Of a DNA stretch of 64,000 nucleotides, positions 45,914-55,608 are shown one piece after another. The notes beneath the pieces are model-generated. The model had not been told where the DNA came from. It saw only the letters and a program-made list of their open reading frames with translations, and ran no database searches. A program made the position numbers and the translations under genes. Source of the DNA: a virus; the IMG/VR virus record IMGVR_UViG_3300044858_001565, positions 1-64,000 of that record; one strand, 5' to 3'. Numbering within the stretch: position 1 is the stretch's first letter; every line of letters begins with the position of its first letter.

Positions 45914-47565
45914 GCGAAAAACCAAGAAAGAGTGCTGTCTCCTCCACCGCCGCCGATGGAAGATATGGTCAAAGTCTGTCCAGATACCGTTATAGTGATG
46001 TTTGTTCCTGCTGATATACCCACTGGTCCGGACAGTCCGTTCAGAGAAGAAACATAAAAATCAACTGGTCCAGTGTCTCCCTTTGGACCAGTGGGACCAG
46101 TGTTTCCTTGTGGTCCCGTTGGACCAGTCGGACCCGTTGGACCAGGAACTGTGGAGTCTGCGCCAGTATTTCCTTGTGGACCTGTTGGTCCGGTGTTTCC
46201 TTGTGGTCCCGTTGGACCTATTGGACCAATCGGACCAGTTTCACCTGTGCTGCCTTGCGGTCCTGTCGGACCCATCGGACCTGTTGGACCAATCGGACCA
46301 GTTTCACCTGTGCTTCCCTGTGGACCAGTCGGTCCCGTATTGCCTTGTGGACCAGTCGGACCCATTGGACCAATCGGACCAGTTTCACCTGTGCTGCCTT
46401 GCGGTCCTGTCGGACCCATCGGACCTGTTGGACCAGGAACCGTGGAGTCTGCACCAGTATTGCCTTGTGGACCTGTTGGACCTGTCGGACCCATAGGACC
46501 TGTTGGACCAGGAACCGTGGAGTCTGCGCCAGTATTGCCTTGTGGACCTGTTGGTCCCGTGTTGCCTTGTGGACCAGTCGGACCTGTTGGACCTATTGAT
46601 CCTGTATTTCCTTGAGGACCAGTTTCACCTGTGTTGCCTTGTGGTCCTGTCGGACCTGCTGGACCAGGAACGGTGGAGTCTGCACCGGTATTACCCTGTA
46701 GACCAGTCGGTCCCGTATTGCCTTGTGGACCAGTCGGACCTATTGGTCCTGTATTTCCTTGAGGACCAGTTTCACCTGTGTTGCCTTGTGGTCCTGTCGG
46801 ACCTGTTGGACCAGGAACGGTGGAGTCTGCACCAGTATTGCCTTGTGGACCTGTTGGACCAGTCGGACCTACAGAACCAGTTTCGCCCTTGCTGCCTTGT
46901 GGTCCTATCGGACCTGCTGGACCAGGAACTGTGGAGTCTGCGCCAGTATTGCCTTGTGGACCTGTTGGTCCGGTGTTTCCTTGTGGTCCCGTTGGACCTA
47001 TGGGACCAGTTTCACCCTTGCTGCCCTGCGGACCCGGAATCAACACCTGATTTGCAGAAACAAGATTTCCAAAAATGTTTGTTCCGAGAGCAAGAGTAAC
47101 ACCGACAAAACTCAGAGTTGCACCAGGCAGAACCGCTGTCCCCAACCTAGTCACTTTTGGGCTCACCACAAACTGACCACTCATCAGTTCTTCGGTTCTT
47201 CCATCCTTTGCCAGATCAATAGAATATTTCCACGAACCAACACGAACATAACTCATCGAAACAGCATCTGCTGAAATGAATATGCCACCAGTCATGGTGG
47301 CACCCGTTGATCCCTTGTTTAGATAAACGCCTCCCACACCAGCAAGACCGCCAGTTGCTCCAAAGTCTCCTGCTGTGCCGCCGCTGATTACTTCACTGTT
47401 TGAAATATGAAGATATAGACGACTGCTTTCTGTGTTCGGTCGCACTTGCAGGCGTACAGTATAGCCAGTCAGATCAACAGGATCACCGTTTTCATCGTAA
47501 TACTCTATGTGAAAATTAAAGGTGGAACTCTGCTGAGTATTGATGTCGTAGTATGCGGATGCCAT
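45910..47565 (-). CDS. BclA-like collagen fibre (GPT/GPQ/GNT triplets; ends LSWFFA)
   Basis: About 100 G-X-Y triplets rich in Thr at Y, interrupted by GADSTVP. The N-terminal domain is paralogous to 47593. Confidence 0.9.
   Translation of the reverse strand: MASAYYDINTQQSSTFNFHIEYYDENGDPVDLTGYTVRLQVRPNTESSRLYLHISNSEVISGGTAGDFGATGGLAGVGGVYLNKGSTGATMTGGIFISADAVSMSYVRVGSWKYSIDLAKDGRTEELMSGQFVVSPKVTRLGTAVLPGATLSFVGVTLALGTNIFGNLVSANQVLIPGPQGSKGETGPIGPTGPQGNTGPTGPQGNTGADSTVPGPAGPIGPQGSKGETGSVGPTGPTGPQGNTGADSTVPGPTGPTGPQGNTGETGPQGNTGPIGPTGPQGNTGPTGLQGNTGADSTVPGPAGPTGPQGNTGETGPQGNTGSIGPTGPTGPQGNTGPTGPQGNTGADSTVPGPTGPMGPTGPTGPQGNTGADSTVPGPTGPMGPTGPQGSTGETGPIGPMGPTGPQGNTGPTGPQGSTGETGPIGPTGPMGPTGPQGSTGETGPIGPIGPTGPQGNTGPTGPQGNTGADSTVPGPTGPTGPTGPQGNTGPTGPKGDTGPVDFYVSSLNGLSGPVGISAGTNITITVSGQTLTISSIGGGGGDSTLSWFFA
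46068..47037 (-). repeat. collagen-coding low-complexity tandem repeat (9-bp periodicity, higher-order units)
   Basis: Recurrent GGACCAACAGGTCCACAAGGCAATACT-like units. Confidence 0.9.
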
Positions 47566-47592
47566 TACCCTGTTCCCCCTGTGATCGGTTGG

Positions 47593-47988
47593 TCATCCTC
47601 TAGTAACTTTAGGCAATACCACGAATCTCCCGTGCATGATTTCCTCTGTTGTGTCACCGGCAGTGAGTTCAAGCGAATAGTGCCACGATCCTTCAGGAAC
47701 ATATCCCATAGATTCGGTGTCAGCAAATATCCTGACCCCACCCGTAAGCACTCCACCTGTCTCACCACAATTCAAATATATTCCACCACTTCCACCCGTG
47801 ACCCCACTGGTCACGCCAGAACCCGTTATTTCCAAGTAACGCACATCCGAAGCGGAACTGGGCTTTACATGAAAACGAGCAGAGTACTGTCCCATATTTA
47901 TAGGAGTTTCGTCATCGGCAAGATACTCTAAATGCAAATCCAAAGTGGAGTCTTGCTGTGCCTGTATATCGTAATACGCGGATGCCAT
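47593..47988 (-). CDS. stand-alone anchor domain, paralog of the collagen N-terminus (baseplate-upper/Ig-like)
   Basis: [11 protein letters not shown]...H.EY...G.W.YS..L......E.M.G.FVV.PKVTR is shared with 45910. Confidence 0.8.
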   Translation of the reverse strand: MASAYYDIQAQQDSTLDLHLEYLADDETPINMGQYSARFHVKPSSASDVRYLEITGSGVTSGVTGGSGGIYLNCGETGGVLTGGVRIFADTESMGYVPEGSWHYSLELTAGDTTEEIMHGRFVVLPKVTRG

Positions 47989-48125
47989 TACAATGCCTTT
48001 TCCTTGTTTAAAATATTTTGGTGACGATTCTGACTCTTTACCAAAACCCTATGCTTTCGTGTCCTGCGAGTGGCACTGCTTGCAAATCCACCACGACCTT
48101 TTCCAGACGGAGAATTTCTAGCCAT
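47988..48125 (-). CDS. small basic protein (45 aa, MARNSPSGKGRGG...), not in the ORF track
   Basis: Hand-translated. TAATG overlaps at both ends couple the TPR glycosyltransferase to the collagen cassette. Confidence 0.7.
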   Translation of the reverse strand: MARNSPSGKGRGGFASSATRRTRKHRVLVKSQNRHQNILNKEKAL

Positions 48126-49348
48126 TATCGCTTCCTCTTCTTGAAGGTCTTTGCCTTCACTGTATTTATAGTGGTCACCATAGGCTGTGAAATGGGCGAA
48201 GAACGCAGCATATTCAATGCATCAGGGTGACTCGCCTTTATCTGATTGATGCGTTCCATGTATGAAGCGTGGTTCTTTTGATTACGCTCAATCTCACTCT
48301 GCGGCAAACGGTTTTCTTTGAGCAACTTCTCGCAGGCAGCAAGACCTGTCATGTAGTCGTGAACATAAAAAGCGGTAGAACCCAGTTCGTCCAGTGCCAT
48401 CCAGTTGTATACATTGTTGTCAATGAAAAGGATGTCCTGATGTGGATACGGAATTTGAGCCGCTTCTTTTGCAAACAGGTAGGCAGCACGGGGTCGCCCG
48501 TTCATCCGCAGAAATCGCGCAATAGCATGGAGAGGTTCTGCACGGCACGGACGGAAATCATATGAGTCCAAGAACTTCTGCTGCACTGTCGTCCACGGAG
48601 ACTCCTTGGAGATTTCACACAGAGCGATGCGGAACAGGGAGTAGTAGCACTCCTCTTCCCATCCACCCATCTCCACGCGCTTGTAGTATGCTGCAATAGC
48701 CTTGTCCCACTGCTGTGAGTCAAAATACGACTGCGCGAGATAGAACTGATAGCGCGTGTTGTTTGGGTCTGTCTCAAGAGCCTTCTCAAGCAGAATGGCA
48801 TCCTTGGAATACTTCTCCACGGGGGTGATGTTCACATTTCGGTGACCAATTGTCCGTGCTTCGAGATGATAATTTCCATCAATCTTGAGTTGATTGAGTG
48901 GCTGCTTGTCGCAGTGCGCGTATTCATGTAGGATTCCCACATACTTCCAACCGATTCCCGTCTTGAAGATTTGATTGCGCCACCAGATGCACTGATCGCG
49001 TCCGCACTTCAGAGCATATCCATCGTGAATCAGGTTCTTGCCGTTGGGATACACAAAGTTTCCAACAATACGGTCATCTGCATCAATCATCCAAGCATAG
49101 TCCGCCTTTCCATCACAGAGTGCTAGAGCCTCGGAACGATTGTGTCCAAAGTCAACCCACGGACGCTCATGGAGTTCTCCAGGAATTCCCTTTTCAGCAA
49201 AATACTTCTTAATAAGTTCTTGTGTTCCGTCAGTAGAACCCGTATCCACAATCACCCAATAGTCTATATGTGGAGAGATAGAGTCCAAGCATTCGTGGAT
49301 AATGTGCGTTTCATTCTTTACAATCATTGATAGACATACTGTAGACAT
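48125..49348 (-). CDS. GT2 glycosyltransferase with C-terminal TPR repeats (putative protein glycosyltransferase)
   Basis: CLSMIVKNE, IVDTGSTDGT, DFGHNR, IDADD and G.LHE motifs, then TPR-like RYQFYLAQSY.D, AY.KR...GGW.EE and RP.RAE. Confidence 0.9.
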   Translation of the reverse strand: MSTVCLSMIVKNETHIIHECLDSISPHIDYWVIVDTGSTDGTQELIKKYFAEKGIPGELHERPWVDFGHNRSEALALCDGKADYAWMIDADDRIVGNFVYPNGKNLIHDGYALKCGRDQCIWWRNQIFKTGIGWKYVGILHEYAHCDKQPLNQLKIDGNYHLEARTIGHRNVNITPVEKYSKDAILLEKALETDPNNTRYQFYLAQSYFDSQQWDKAIAAYYKRVEMGGWEEECYYSLFRIALCEISKESPWTTVQQKFLDSYDFRPCRAEPLHAIARFLRMNGRPRAAYLFAKEAAQIPYPHQDILFIDNNVYNWMALDELGSTAFYVHDYMTGLAACEKLLKENRLPQSEIERNQKNHASYMERINQIKASHPDALNMLRSSPISQPMVTTINTVKAKTFKKRKR

Positions 49349-49371
49349 TACGATTCTCCTGTTTATTTCAA

Positions 49372-49959
49372 TCAAGACCACTCATGGACTATGATGTTAT
49401 TTAGCCTCAATTGATCTATGAGTTCTTTCTTTTCGGCTATCTTTTTTTCGTGATTTGGATACCAGAATCTATCGTGCCACTCAATGTAGATTTCCTTGAC
49501 ACAGTTTAGTCTGCTGCTCTTTAGCAAATCCGATAGGAACAAAAACTCTGCTCCTTCTATATCACACTTTATCTTTATGTTATCAGTTTCGCTTGCATCA
49601 CAAACATATAGAAGTGTCTCCGCACAAATACTATTGACTGGAATTTGCGACCAAGAAAAAGATGCTCCATAAACAACATCCATCTCTGGAGGAGACTCTA
49701 GAGCGTTACAAGCATTACTTGTTTTATTTTTCTCTATGTTGAACGGAACTATTCCGTCAGTATCAAGAACAGCACAGTTATAAACGGTGAGACTGGAAAA
49801 TCGGTTTCGTATGACATCTGCTCGGTCTAATGCTTTCACATAGACATATGGATTTGCCTCAAAACTATAAACAGAATATGTGTGGTCTATTGCTCCCGTA
49901 GACAGTATGCTTTCTAGACCTTCTAATCCATGACAACCTAAATCTATAAACTTGTTCAC
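49372..49959 (-). CDS. FkbM-family SAM methyltransferase
   Basis: FIDLG...G, SFEANP, KCDIEGAE and IEWH motifs; GGAGG RBS before a GTG start. Confidence 0.85.
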   Translation of the reverse strand: MNKFIDLGCHGLEGLESILSTGAIDHTYSVYSFEANPYVYVKALDRADVIRNRFSSLTVYNCAVLDTDGIVPFNIEKNKTSNACNALESPPEMDVVYGASFSWSQIPVNSICAETLLYVCDASETDNIKIKCDIEGAEFLFLSDLLKSSRLNCVKEIYIEWHDRFWYPNHEKKIAEKKELIDQLRLNNIIVHEWS

Positions 49960-49978
49960 TTGTATATCCTCCAAGAGG

Positions 49979-50911
49979 TCAACTAGAAACCACCGAATCA
50001 AACTTCTGATCTATGATCTTTCTAAGCACATCAAACTTAGATCCTTCTTCCACAGAAGCATTCCACCTTCTGGCGCTATGCCAGTGCCAAGCAAAACAGC
50101 CTTCATGTGGATCGTAAGCGTAGTCGTGCTTCTTGAGGTGATTGAAATCCGATGGCATATTGGCAAGCAACTCTATATTGAACCAAGAGCAGGGCAGTTT
50201 ATACAAATTGGGATCTTGCACGACATCATACAAAGCACACCCCCAACATACACTGTTTGGAACGGGTCTAATATATCGTAGTTGTTCTAGGAATCTAAAT
50301 GCTGTAATGCTTTCCTTTTGCAACCCCATTATCGCGCCGTTACAGAGTATTCTTTTTGGTGGCGGACCACCCATTGGATTTAGAGCGTCAGGATTGGCTC
50401 CAGTATCTCCCCATTGATACAGAAAATTCAGATCATTGAGCGGACTCATATCCCGTAGGATGAAGACATCCATATCAACAAAAAATCCACCGTACTTGTA
50501 TAAACACAAAATCTTGAACAGGTCTATTCCTAGCCAGCACAAAGAATCATCTACTACCACGGACTTAAAATAGTCTATGTGATCCTCTAGTGGGGTTCCT
50601 ACCATCTCTTCTAGCGGATTCCAAAGCCGATGCTTCACGAAAGGAGAAACCGGCTTCAAGATTTCGTTTTGACTCAAATCAAGATTAGACCACAGATTAA
50701 TCTCGTAATTTTCGTGATTCATCTCTTCGTGGTTTGCAACTATGGATTTCAGACAGGTAAGATGTTTGTCTCCCACATCGGAGGGAACTCTCCAATACAG
50801 ATGAAACTGCATCTTGTTTGGTGTTCTGTTCGGCTTGAGTGTTTTTGCAAAAGATAAAGCGTCAGTATAATCTTTGCAGTATAAATTTGGATGTGTGTTT
50901 ATTGATATCAT
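49979..50911 (-). CDS. DxD glycosyltransferase (GT32/Gb3-synthase-like)
   Basis: DLFKILCLYKYGGFFVDMD motif. Confidence 0.85.
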   Translation of the reverse strand: MISINTHPNLYCKDYTDALSFAKTLKPNRTPNKMQFHLYWRVPSDVGDKHLTCLKSIVANHEEMNHENYEINLWSNLDLSQNEILKPVSPFVKHRLWNPLEEMVGTPLEDHIDYFKSVVVDDSLCWLGIDLFKILCLYKYGGFFVDMDVFILRDMSPLNDLNFLYQWGDTGANPDALNPMGGPPPKRILCNGAIMGLQKESITAFRFLEQLRYIRPVPNSVCWGCALYDVVQDPNLYKLPCSWFNIELLANMPSDFNHLKKHDYAYDPHEGCFAWHWHSARRWNASVEEGSKFDVLRKIIDQKFDSVVSS

Positions 50912-50938
50912 GTAAACCTCTACTCTAAATGACGATAA

Positions 50939-51787
50939 TCATAATACTGAACCATCTTTGCAAATAGAACTATAGTAATCACACATATACTTTATTCCAT
51001 CCGAAATACTAGTCTTTGGTTTCCAATAGTTCAAGATGTTTGTATTGGGATCATTTCTTGCATTTCGCTGAATGCAATCAACATCCACCGAAGGAACTAT
51101 ATCACATTGTATGTTGGATTGAATAATCTTAGCAATATCTATTATCTTCACCCACTCAAAACTAGACACATGAAAATCTTCTGACCTATCAATAGAATCG
51201 TAAATAGTGGATAGTTGGTGTAGGCACTCGCAGCAGTCATCAGCATATAGAAACTGACGCTCTTCCATTCCATCAGTCATCATATCAATAGTTCCAGTGT
51301 TGATAGCCTTCTTTATAAAGTCGGTTATAACATGAGATTTCTCTTCATCGTGTTCAATTCCATACACATTCCAAAACCTAGCAACCAAGCCATTTAGCGA
51401 TCTTGTATAGCGTTCACCGAGTCTTTTAAGCGTTCCATATGAAGAATATTCCATACTAGACATCTGCGAAGACGCAAACAAAAACGGCTTTTTTGATTCG
51501 TTCAAATAATAAAAGCCCGTATTCATTATTTTTATGTTGTTGTCTATGAACTGGTAAGTATCTTGATATCGTTTCAAGTATCTTGATCCACCAACATCAA
51601 ACGCTAGAAAATACACAAAATCTGCGGTATTGATCTTTTCTTTCAAAAGATCATTTGGATACTTTCTGATATCGTGATCTTCTGACAAAACTATATCAAA
51701 AGTGTCGGCAATGTGTCCCCGATCAATTAGAAATTTTGTTAGATGACTACCGATTTGTCCAGAAGAACCAAGGATCAAATATCGCAT
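50939..51787 (-). CDS. NAD-dependent nucleotide-sugar epimerase/dehydratase
   Basis: GSSGQIG, ASS, YGTLK, NVYG and R.FLYADD motifs. Confidence 0.9.
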   Translation of the reverse strand: MRYLILGSSGQIGSHLTKFLIDRGHIADTFDIVLSEDHDIRKYPNDLLKEKINTADFVYFLAFDVGGSRYLKRYQDTYQFIDNNIKIMNTGFYYLNESKKPFLFASSQMSSMEYSSYGTLKRLGERYTRSLNGLVARFWNVYGIEHDEEKSHVITDFIKKAINTGTIDMMTDGMEERQFLYADDCCECLHQLSTIYDSIDRSEDFHVSSFEWVKIIDIAKIIQSNIQCDIVPSVDVDCIQRNARNDPNTNILNYWKPKTSISDGIKYMCDYYSSICKDGSVL

Positions 51788-52353
51788 CAGTATTTCCTCA
51801 ATATGGTGAGTCCATTGCAAAACGGAAGAGTAGAGTATTCCCAAACATCAGAATCAAGACCACATACTGCGCCAAATGGTCCGCCGTTTCCAAACTCACC
51901 GTATCCAACATCTGTGTTGTAATTCGGATGAGTCCTAGCCATCAGATCATGGAGGAGTACTACAGTATTTTTATTGCAATACGGTTCTAGAAGGTCTATC
52001 TCTTTTTTAACATGAATACCATCATGCCAATCATCAATAAAAATCAAATCGAATGAAGTCTGATTTTTTTCTAGAAAGTCGATTGCATCGCTCTTTAAGA
52101 AATTCCAATTTGGTTTTAAATCTTCTGGACAATCAAAGGTCGTTTCTTCAATATCGACAGATGTTACAGTTGCACCCAATTCCTTTGCTGCTGCTAAAAG
52201 AGGAAGAGTGGTGTGTCCCTCTCTAACACCAAGTTCAAGAAATCTCTTTCCTCTAGTCGTGAGTGCAATCCCAAAAATTGCGGCGCACAATTGTTCCGAA
52301 TCACCCGATCCATTGACAGTAGTGTGTATTATTTTTTCAATATAACTATTCAT
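51787..52353 (-). CDS. class I SAM methyltransferase (Methyltransf_24-like, probable sugar O-methylase)
   Basis: LELGVREG.TT, SVDI, DLIFID..H and LLHD motifs. Confidence 0.85.
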   Translation of the reverse strand: MNSYIEKIIHTTVNGSGDSEQLCAAIFGIALTTRGKRFLELGVREGHTTLPLLAAAKELGATVTSVDIEETTFDCPEDLKPNWNFLKSDAIDFLEKNQTSFDLIFIDDWHDGIHVKKEIDLLEPYCNKNTVVLLHDLMARTHPNYNTDVGYGEFGNGGPFGAVCGLDSDVWEYSTLPFCNGLTILRKY

Positions 52354-53198
52354 CAGTGTACACTTTCTTCAAATGTTTTGTCTGCATATCCCCACAACTC
52401 TGAATTGTGAGTAACCACATACTTGTTGAACGCATCCTCTTTGTTGTTTCTTATAATCGTATTGTCCTTTGTCCAGAAGTATGGATTATTTTTGTGTTCT
52501 AGATGAAACCAATCAATATCTAAAAGTTCAACAGAATGTCCTTTTAGATTTGCAACCTTTGCTTGCACATTGGAATCACTAAAACATCTATGATAAAGTG
52601 CCTCTTCAAACCCACGAATAGTATTCCATACAGACCGGTGTGCTGCTTGAAAATCTCCACAACCAATTACTAGAGAATATCTGTCTGCTGGATCATATTT
52701 TTCTATTCTTTCCATCTTTTCAAGAATGTTTCTATTTTGAATTAGAGCAGATATCTTGTCTGATGGACTGAGATTCAATAGATGTATCAGGTGTATGTTC
52801 TCTGGAACATTCCACTTTGCTATGGTATAGATTTTTTTAGGATCAAGTGTCTGTTCTGAAAATGGAGTTGGTATATTGTCTATGTTGCAGGAGACAATCC
52901 AATCTCCTTTTGCTCTGCGTATTCCGACATTTCTAGCCAAGACTTCGCAGCATGGCTGTGCTTCTTTTGGCAGATTGGCTGCGACAAACCCTTTATCGAC
53001 AGTAATACATCGCAGTTTTCCTGTCGGTTGGACAAAATCTTTTATCTGATCTATCATTGGAACACCATGAGGAGAGTTCCAATCTACGAGTATAACCTCA
53101 TCAAAAACCTCTACCATGCAGTTCAAACACTGAATTGCTCTTTCTGCCAAGAACATCCCGTAATTATCATTTCTAGTTGGTATTACAGCAGTTTTCAC
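52353..53198 (-). CDS. GT-A fold (GT2-like) glycosyltransferase
   Basis: RNDNYG, EVILVDWNS, ARNVGIRRAKGD.I...NID, GDFQ and GFEE motifs. Confidence 0.8.
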   Translation of the reverse strand: MKTAVIPTRNDNYGMFLAERAIQCLNCMVEVFDEVILVDWNSPHGVPMIDQIKDFVQPTGKLRCITVDKGFVAANLPKEAQPCCEVLARNVGIRRAKGDWIVSCNIDNIPTPFSEQTLDPKKIYTIAKWNVPENIHLIHLLNLSPSDKISALIQNRNILEKMERIEKYDPADRYSLVIGCGDFQAAHRSVWNTIRGFEEALYHRCFSDSNVQAKVANLKGHSVELLDIDWFHLEHKNNPYFWTKDNTIIRNNKEDAFNKYVVTHNSELWGYADKTFEESVH

Positions 53199-53212
53199 AT
53201 GAAACTCTCTTT

Positions 53213-53923
53213 CTAGTAATGAACTTTAGTCCACTCATTTTTTCTAGAAAACTCAATGTCGTGAACTTTGCACATATGATAAAAAAGTTTACCAGAAAGT
53301 CTACTCATAGATTCGACTAAATGGATGAAAGATGAATCTATACAATGTACTTCCGTTGCCTTTTCTACAACACACATCCAGTCAAACATGGAAGATTCGC
53401 TGCTTGTGTGACGAACTCTGACTATTGGTAGATCAGTGTCTATTTTCAAATCATACTTTCCAATACTAGAAACATCGTGAACCAATAAAAATTTTTCAGG
53501 AAGGTTTAGTTCTGCTATGAGTTTTTGCTCGCTAATGTGATTTCTCTTGATGTAGAAAGAATCCCATCTTTCGCTGAAAGGAACACCGACAGAATCATAC
53601 ATTGACTTATCAAACTCAGAATTGATACACTTCTCAAAACCTGCACGAACCAATCTAATTTTTGACCAATCATATGGCATATTGTATAAATCCTGATCGT
53701 GCTGAACAGGAAGTATCTTTATGCGTGGTTCATCTGCATACATGGCTTTTACATTATTTCCATATTTATTTTTAGTCACTAGCCACAAGCAAGATGGAGA
53801 TGCGTGTTTGAGTATATATCGTACCATTCCATTGCAAATGATATGATCTCCTAGTCCAAGATGGTGATGAACTATTATTGAATTAGGATCAAAATCAATA
53901 TGCTGCATATGATTTTTCCTCAA
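53213..53923 (-). CDS. putative GT-B glycosyltransferase (HLGLGD family)
   Basis: HHHLGLGDHIICNGMVR N-terminus and A.EVHCIDSSF C-terminal motif. Confidence 0.65.
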   Translation of the reverse strand: MRKNHMQHIDFDPNSIIVHHHLGLGDHIICNGMVRYILKHASPSCLWLVTKNKYGNNVKAMYADEPRIKILPVQHDQDLYNMPYDWSKIRLVRAGFEKCINSEFDKSMYDSVGVPFSERWDSFYIKRNHISEQKLIAELNLPEKFLLVHDVSSIGKYDLKIDTDLPIVRVRHTSSESSMFDWMCVVEKATEVHCIDSSFIHLVESMSRLSGKLFYHMCKVHDIEFSRKNEWTKVHY

Positions 53924-54266
53924 ACAAAGAAGATCCTGTTTGCTCGTTTATCTTTCTTTTTATTGAAGCGCGAGCATCGTTGACAATGTAAACCTTTCTA
54001 GCCAACTCAATAAACTCTTGATCGAATTCTTTCGCTCTTTCTTTGTCTCTTATTGCGTCTTCAATTATCCACAACTCGGCGTTCACGGACTTTAGTTGTT
54101 GAAACAGAGGATGATCTGTTTCCATAAAAGAATTCATGCCAGGTAGTATGGCATTCAGTTCACTGATGACATTAGAAATCTTTTCTGGATTGGATAGTCT
54201 TTCTTTCTTTATCATCAGAATAGAAACCTTGTCTGCTATCTCTCCATTAGAAACTTCTATCTTCAT
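53895..54266 (-). CDS. DUF6165-like protein (glycosyltransferase-associated)
   Basis: IEVS.GEI.DK..IL.IK...N..LW.IED.IR..E....FD..FIELAR.VY..ND.R..IKR.IN. Confidence 0.8.
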   Translation of the reverse strand: MKIEVSNGEIADKVSILMIKKERLSNPEKISNVISELNAILPGMNSFMETDHPLFQQLKSVNAELWIIEDAIRDKERAKEFDQEFIELARKVYIVNDARASIKRKINEQTGSSLFEEKSYAAY

Positions 54267-54973
54267 CGTGGATCTCGCGTGTGAATAAGGAACTGATGCT
54301 CTTCTCCATTTTCTCCGTGCTGAACTCCCCATTGCGTGGGATCTGGCATCATAGTAATGGAATGCTTCTTTGTCAATAGACTCCATATAGATTGATCGTG
54401 ACGATGATCCACGAATCCTAGTTCAATCCATCCGTCCTCATTCGGACCATCCATTATTAGTTTGGGATTGCAGCAGAGAGACAGATATTCATTTGCAATG
54501 AATCTAGCAAAATCCGTTCCTCTGAAACACATGAAACTAGCCATCCTCTGGGGTGTATCAGTGTACTCTGGCGTTACTGCATCCATGTAAGTAAATACAT
54601 CTCTTTTAGTATAGTACTTTTCTAGATGCTTTCCTGCAAGATTAAAAGAAATAACACCTCTTGCATCCAAATGAACTTCATTAAACACAGGCTCCATTCT
54701 ACGAACAAACACAGAACCAGAATCGGAGTAAAAAAGAACATCATCTGGTGTTAATGTTGACAGTATTTTTGTTATGAAGTATGGTTTCCACAACCAATAC
54801 CCAACTCCTCTTTTCTGTGACAGTATGTTGTTGTTTGTCTTCATAAAATCGGAGTCTATATCAGAACGACCCATGTTGTAGACAACATTAAATCCCGATG
54901 CCAATCCAGTTTGGCTGTTCAACAACTGCGAGTGTAAAAACTTTCCATCAGCGTAGTTTAATAGAACCTTCAT
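54263..54973 (-). CDS. putative glycosyltransferase (GYWLWKP / HRHDQS family)
   Basis: RGVGYWLWKPY, Y.DSG and DHRHDQSIWSLL motifs. Confidence 0.75.
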   Translation of the reverse strand: MKVLLNYADGKFLHSQLLNSQTGLASGFNVVYNMGRSDIDSDFMKTNNNILSQKRGVGYWLWKPYFITKILSTLTPDDVLFYSDSGSVFVRRMEPVFNEVHLDARGVISFNLAGKHLEKYYTKRDVFTYMDAVTPEYTDTPQRMASFMCFRGTDFARFIANEYLSLCCNPKLIMDGPNEDGWIELGFVDHRHDQSIWSLLTKKHSITMMPDPTQWGVQHGENGEEHQFLIHTRDPR

Positions 54974-55608
54974 TGCTGCTCCTGTGGGACAAGCGATTCG
55001 GTGGTCTTTGAATTGTAAATGTAACCATGAAGGGATTCTGGAATGTGATACTCCGTCTGCACCTTTGGATACAACCGCATGAGCCAGTCAATATCTTCAC
55101 TAGACTGACCATTTGATCCATATACTGGATTGAATGCCTCGCTGACCGCGATCTCACGCCGCCACACACACATATGGTACGGCGGACGCTTGATGTCACC
55201 AAGGAATCCCTCCTCGTCGCGCCACAACTGCCCATGCGGATTACCGATGCCAAACTCCACATCCATCGGCTCACCGTCAAGGCTGCACCACTGGTTGAAT
55301 GTAATGCAGTCCACATCGTTCTCGTCAATAGCAGTCAGTATCTTGCTCATATAATCCATGCTGACCGCATCATCATCATCCAAGAAAGCAATATACTTGC
55401 CCCGTGCCATCTGCAAAAGATCATTGCGCTTCTCGGAAATGCTCTTGGACTTGTTGTCAAGCAGAACAAGAATCTCAACAGACTTGCCCTGCCCCGTGGC
55501 ATCGACTTGTTCCTGTAGATGCGTGACCGCCGCCTTCAGCGATTCAAATCGGGACGGGATGGACAGAATCAGAATGCTGAACTTGATTTCACTTGCTGGT
55601 ACCGGCAT
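54970..55608 (-). CDS. GT2 glycosyltransferase
   Basis: FSILILSIP.R, KRN.LL..ARGKYIAFLDDDD and ED..W motifs. Confidence 0.85.
   Translation of the reverse strand: MPVPASEIKFSILILSIPSRFESLKAAVTHLQEQVDATGQGKSVEILVLLDNKSKSISEKRNDLLQMARGKYIAFLDDDDAVSMDYMSKILTAIDENDVDCITFNQWCSLDGEPMDVEFGIGNPHGQLWRDEEGFLGDIKRPPYHMCVWRREIAVSEAFNPVYGSNGQSSEDIDWLMRLYPKVQTEYHIPESLHGYIYNSKTTESLVPQEQQ

Noticed and set aside
46002-47274. Plus-strand collagen-like ORFs (GPV/PCG repeats); likewise 28848..29342
   Set aside because: These are reverse-complement artefacts of Gly-Pro codons (GGA/CCA) in the real minus-strand collagens.
5685-47565. Diversity-generating retroelement acting on Mtd-like fibres
   Set aside because: No reverse transcriptase is present and I saw no TR/VR pair differing only at adenines; differences between repeats are synonymous changes of all kinds. 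An RT outside the window cannot be excluded.
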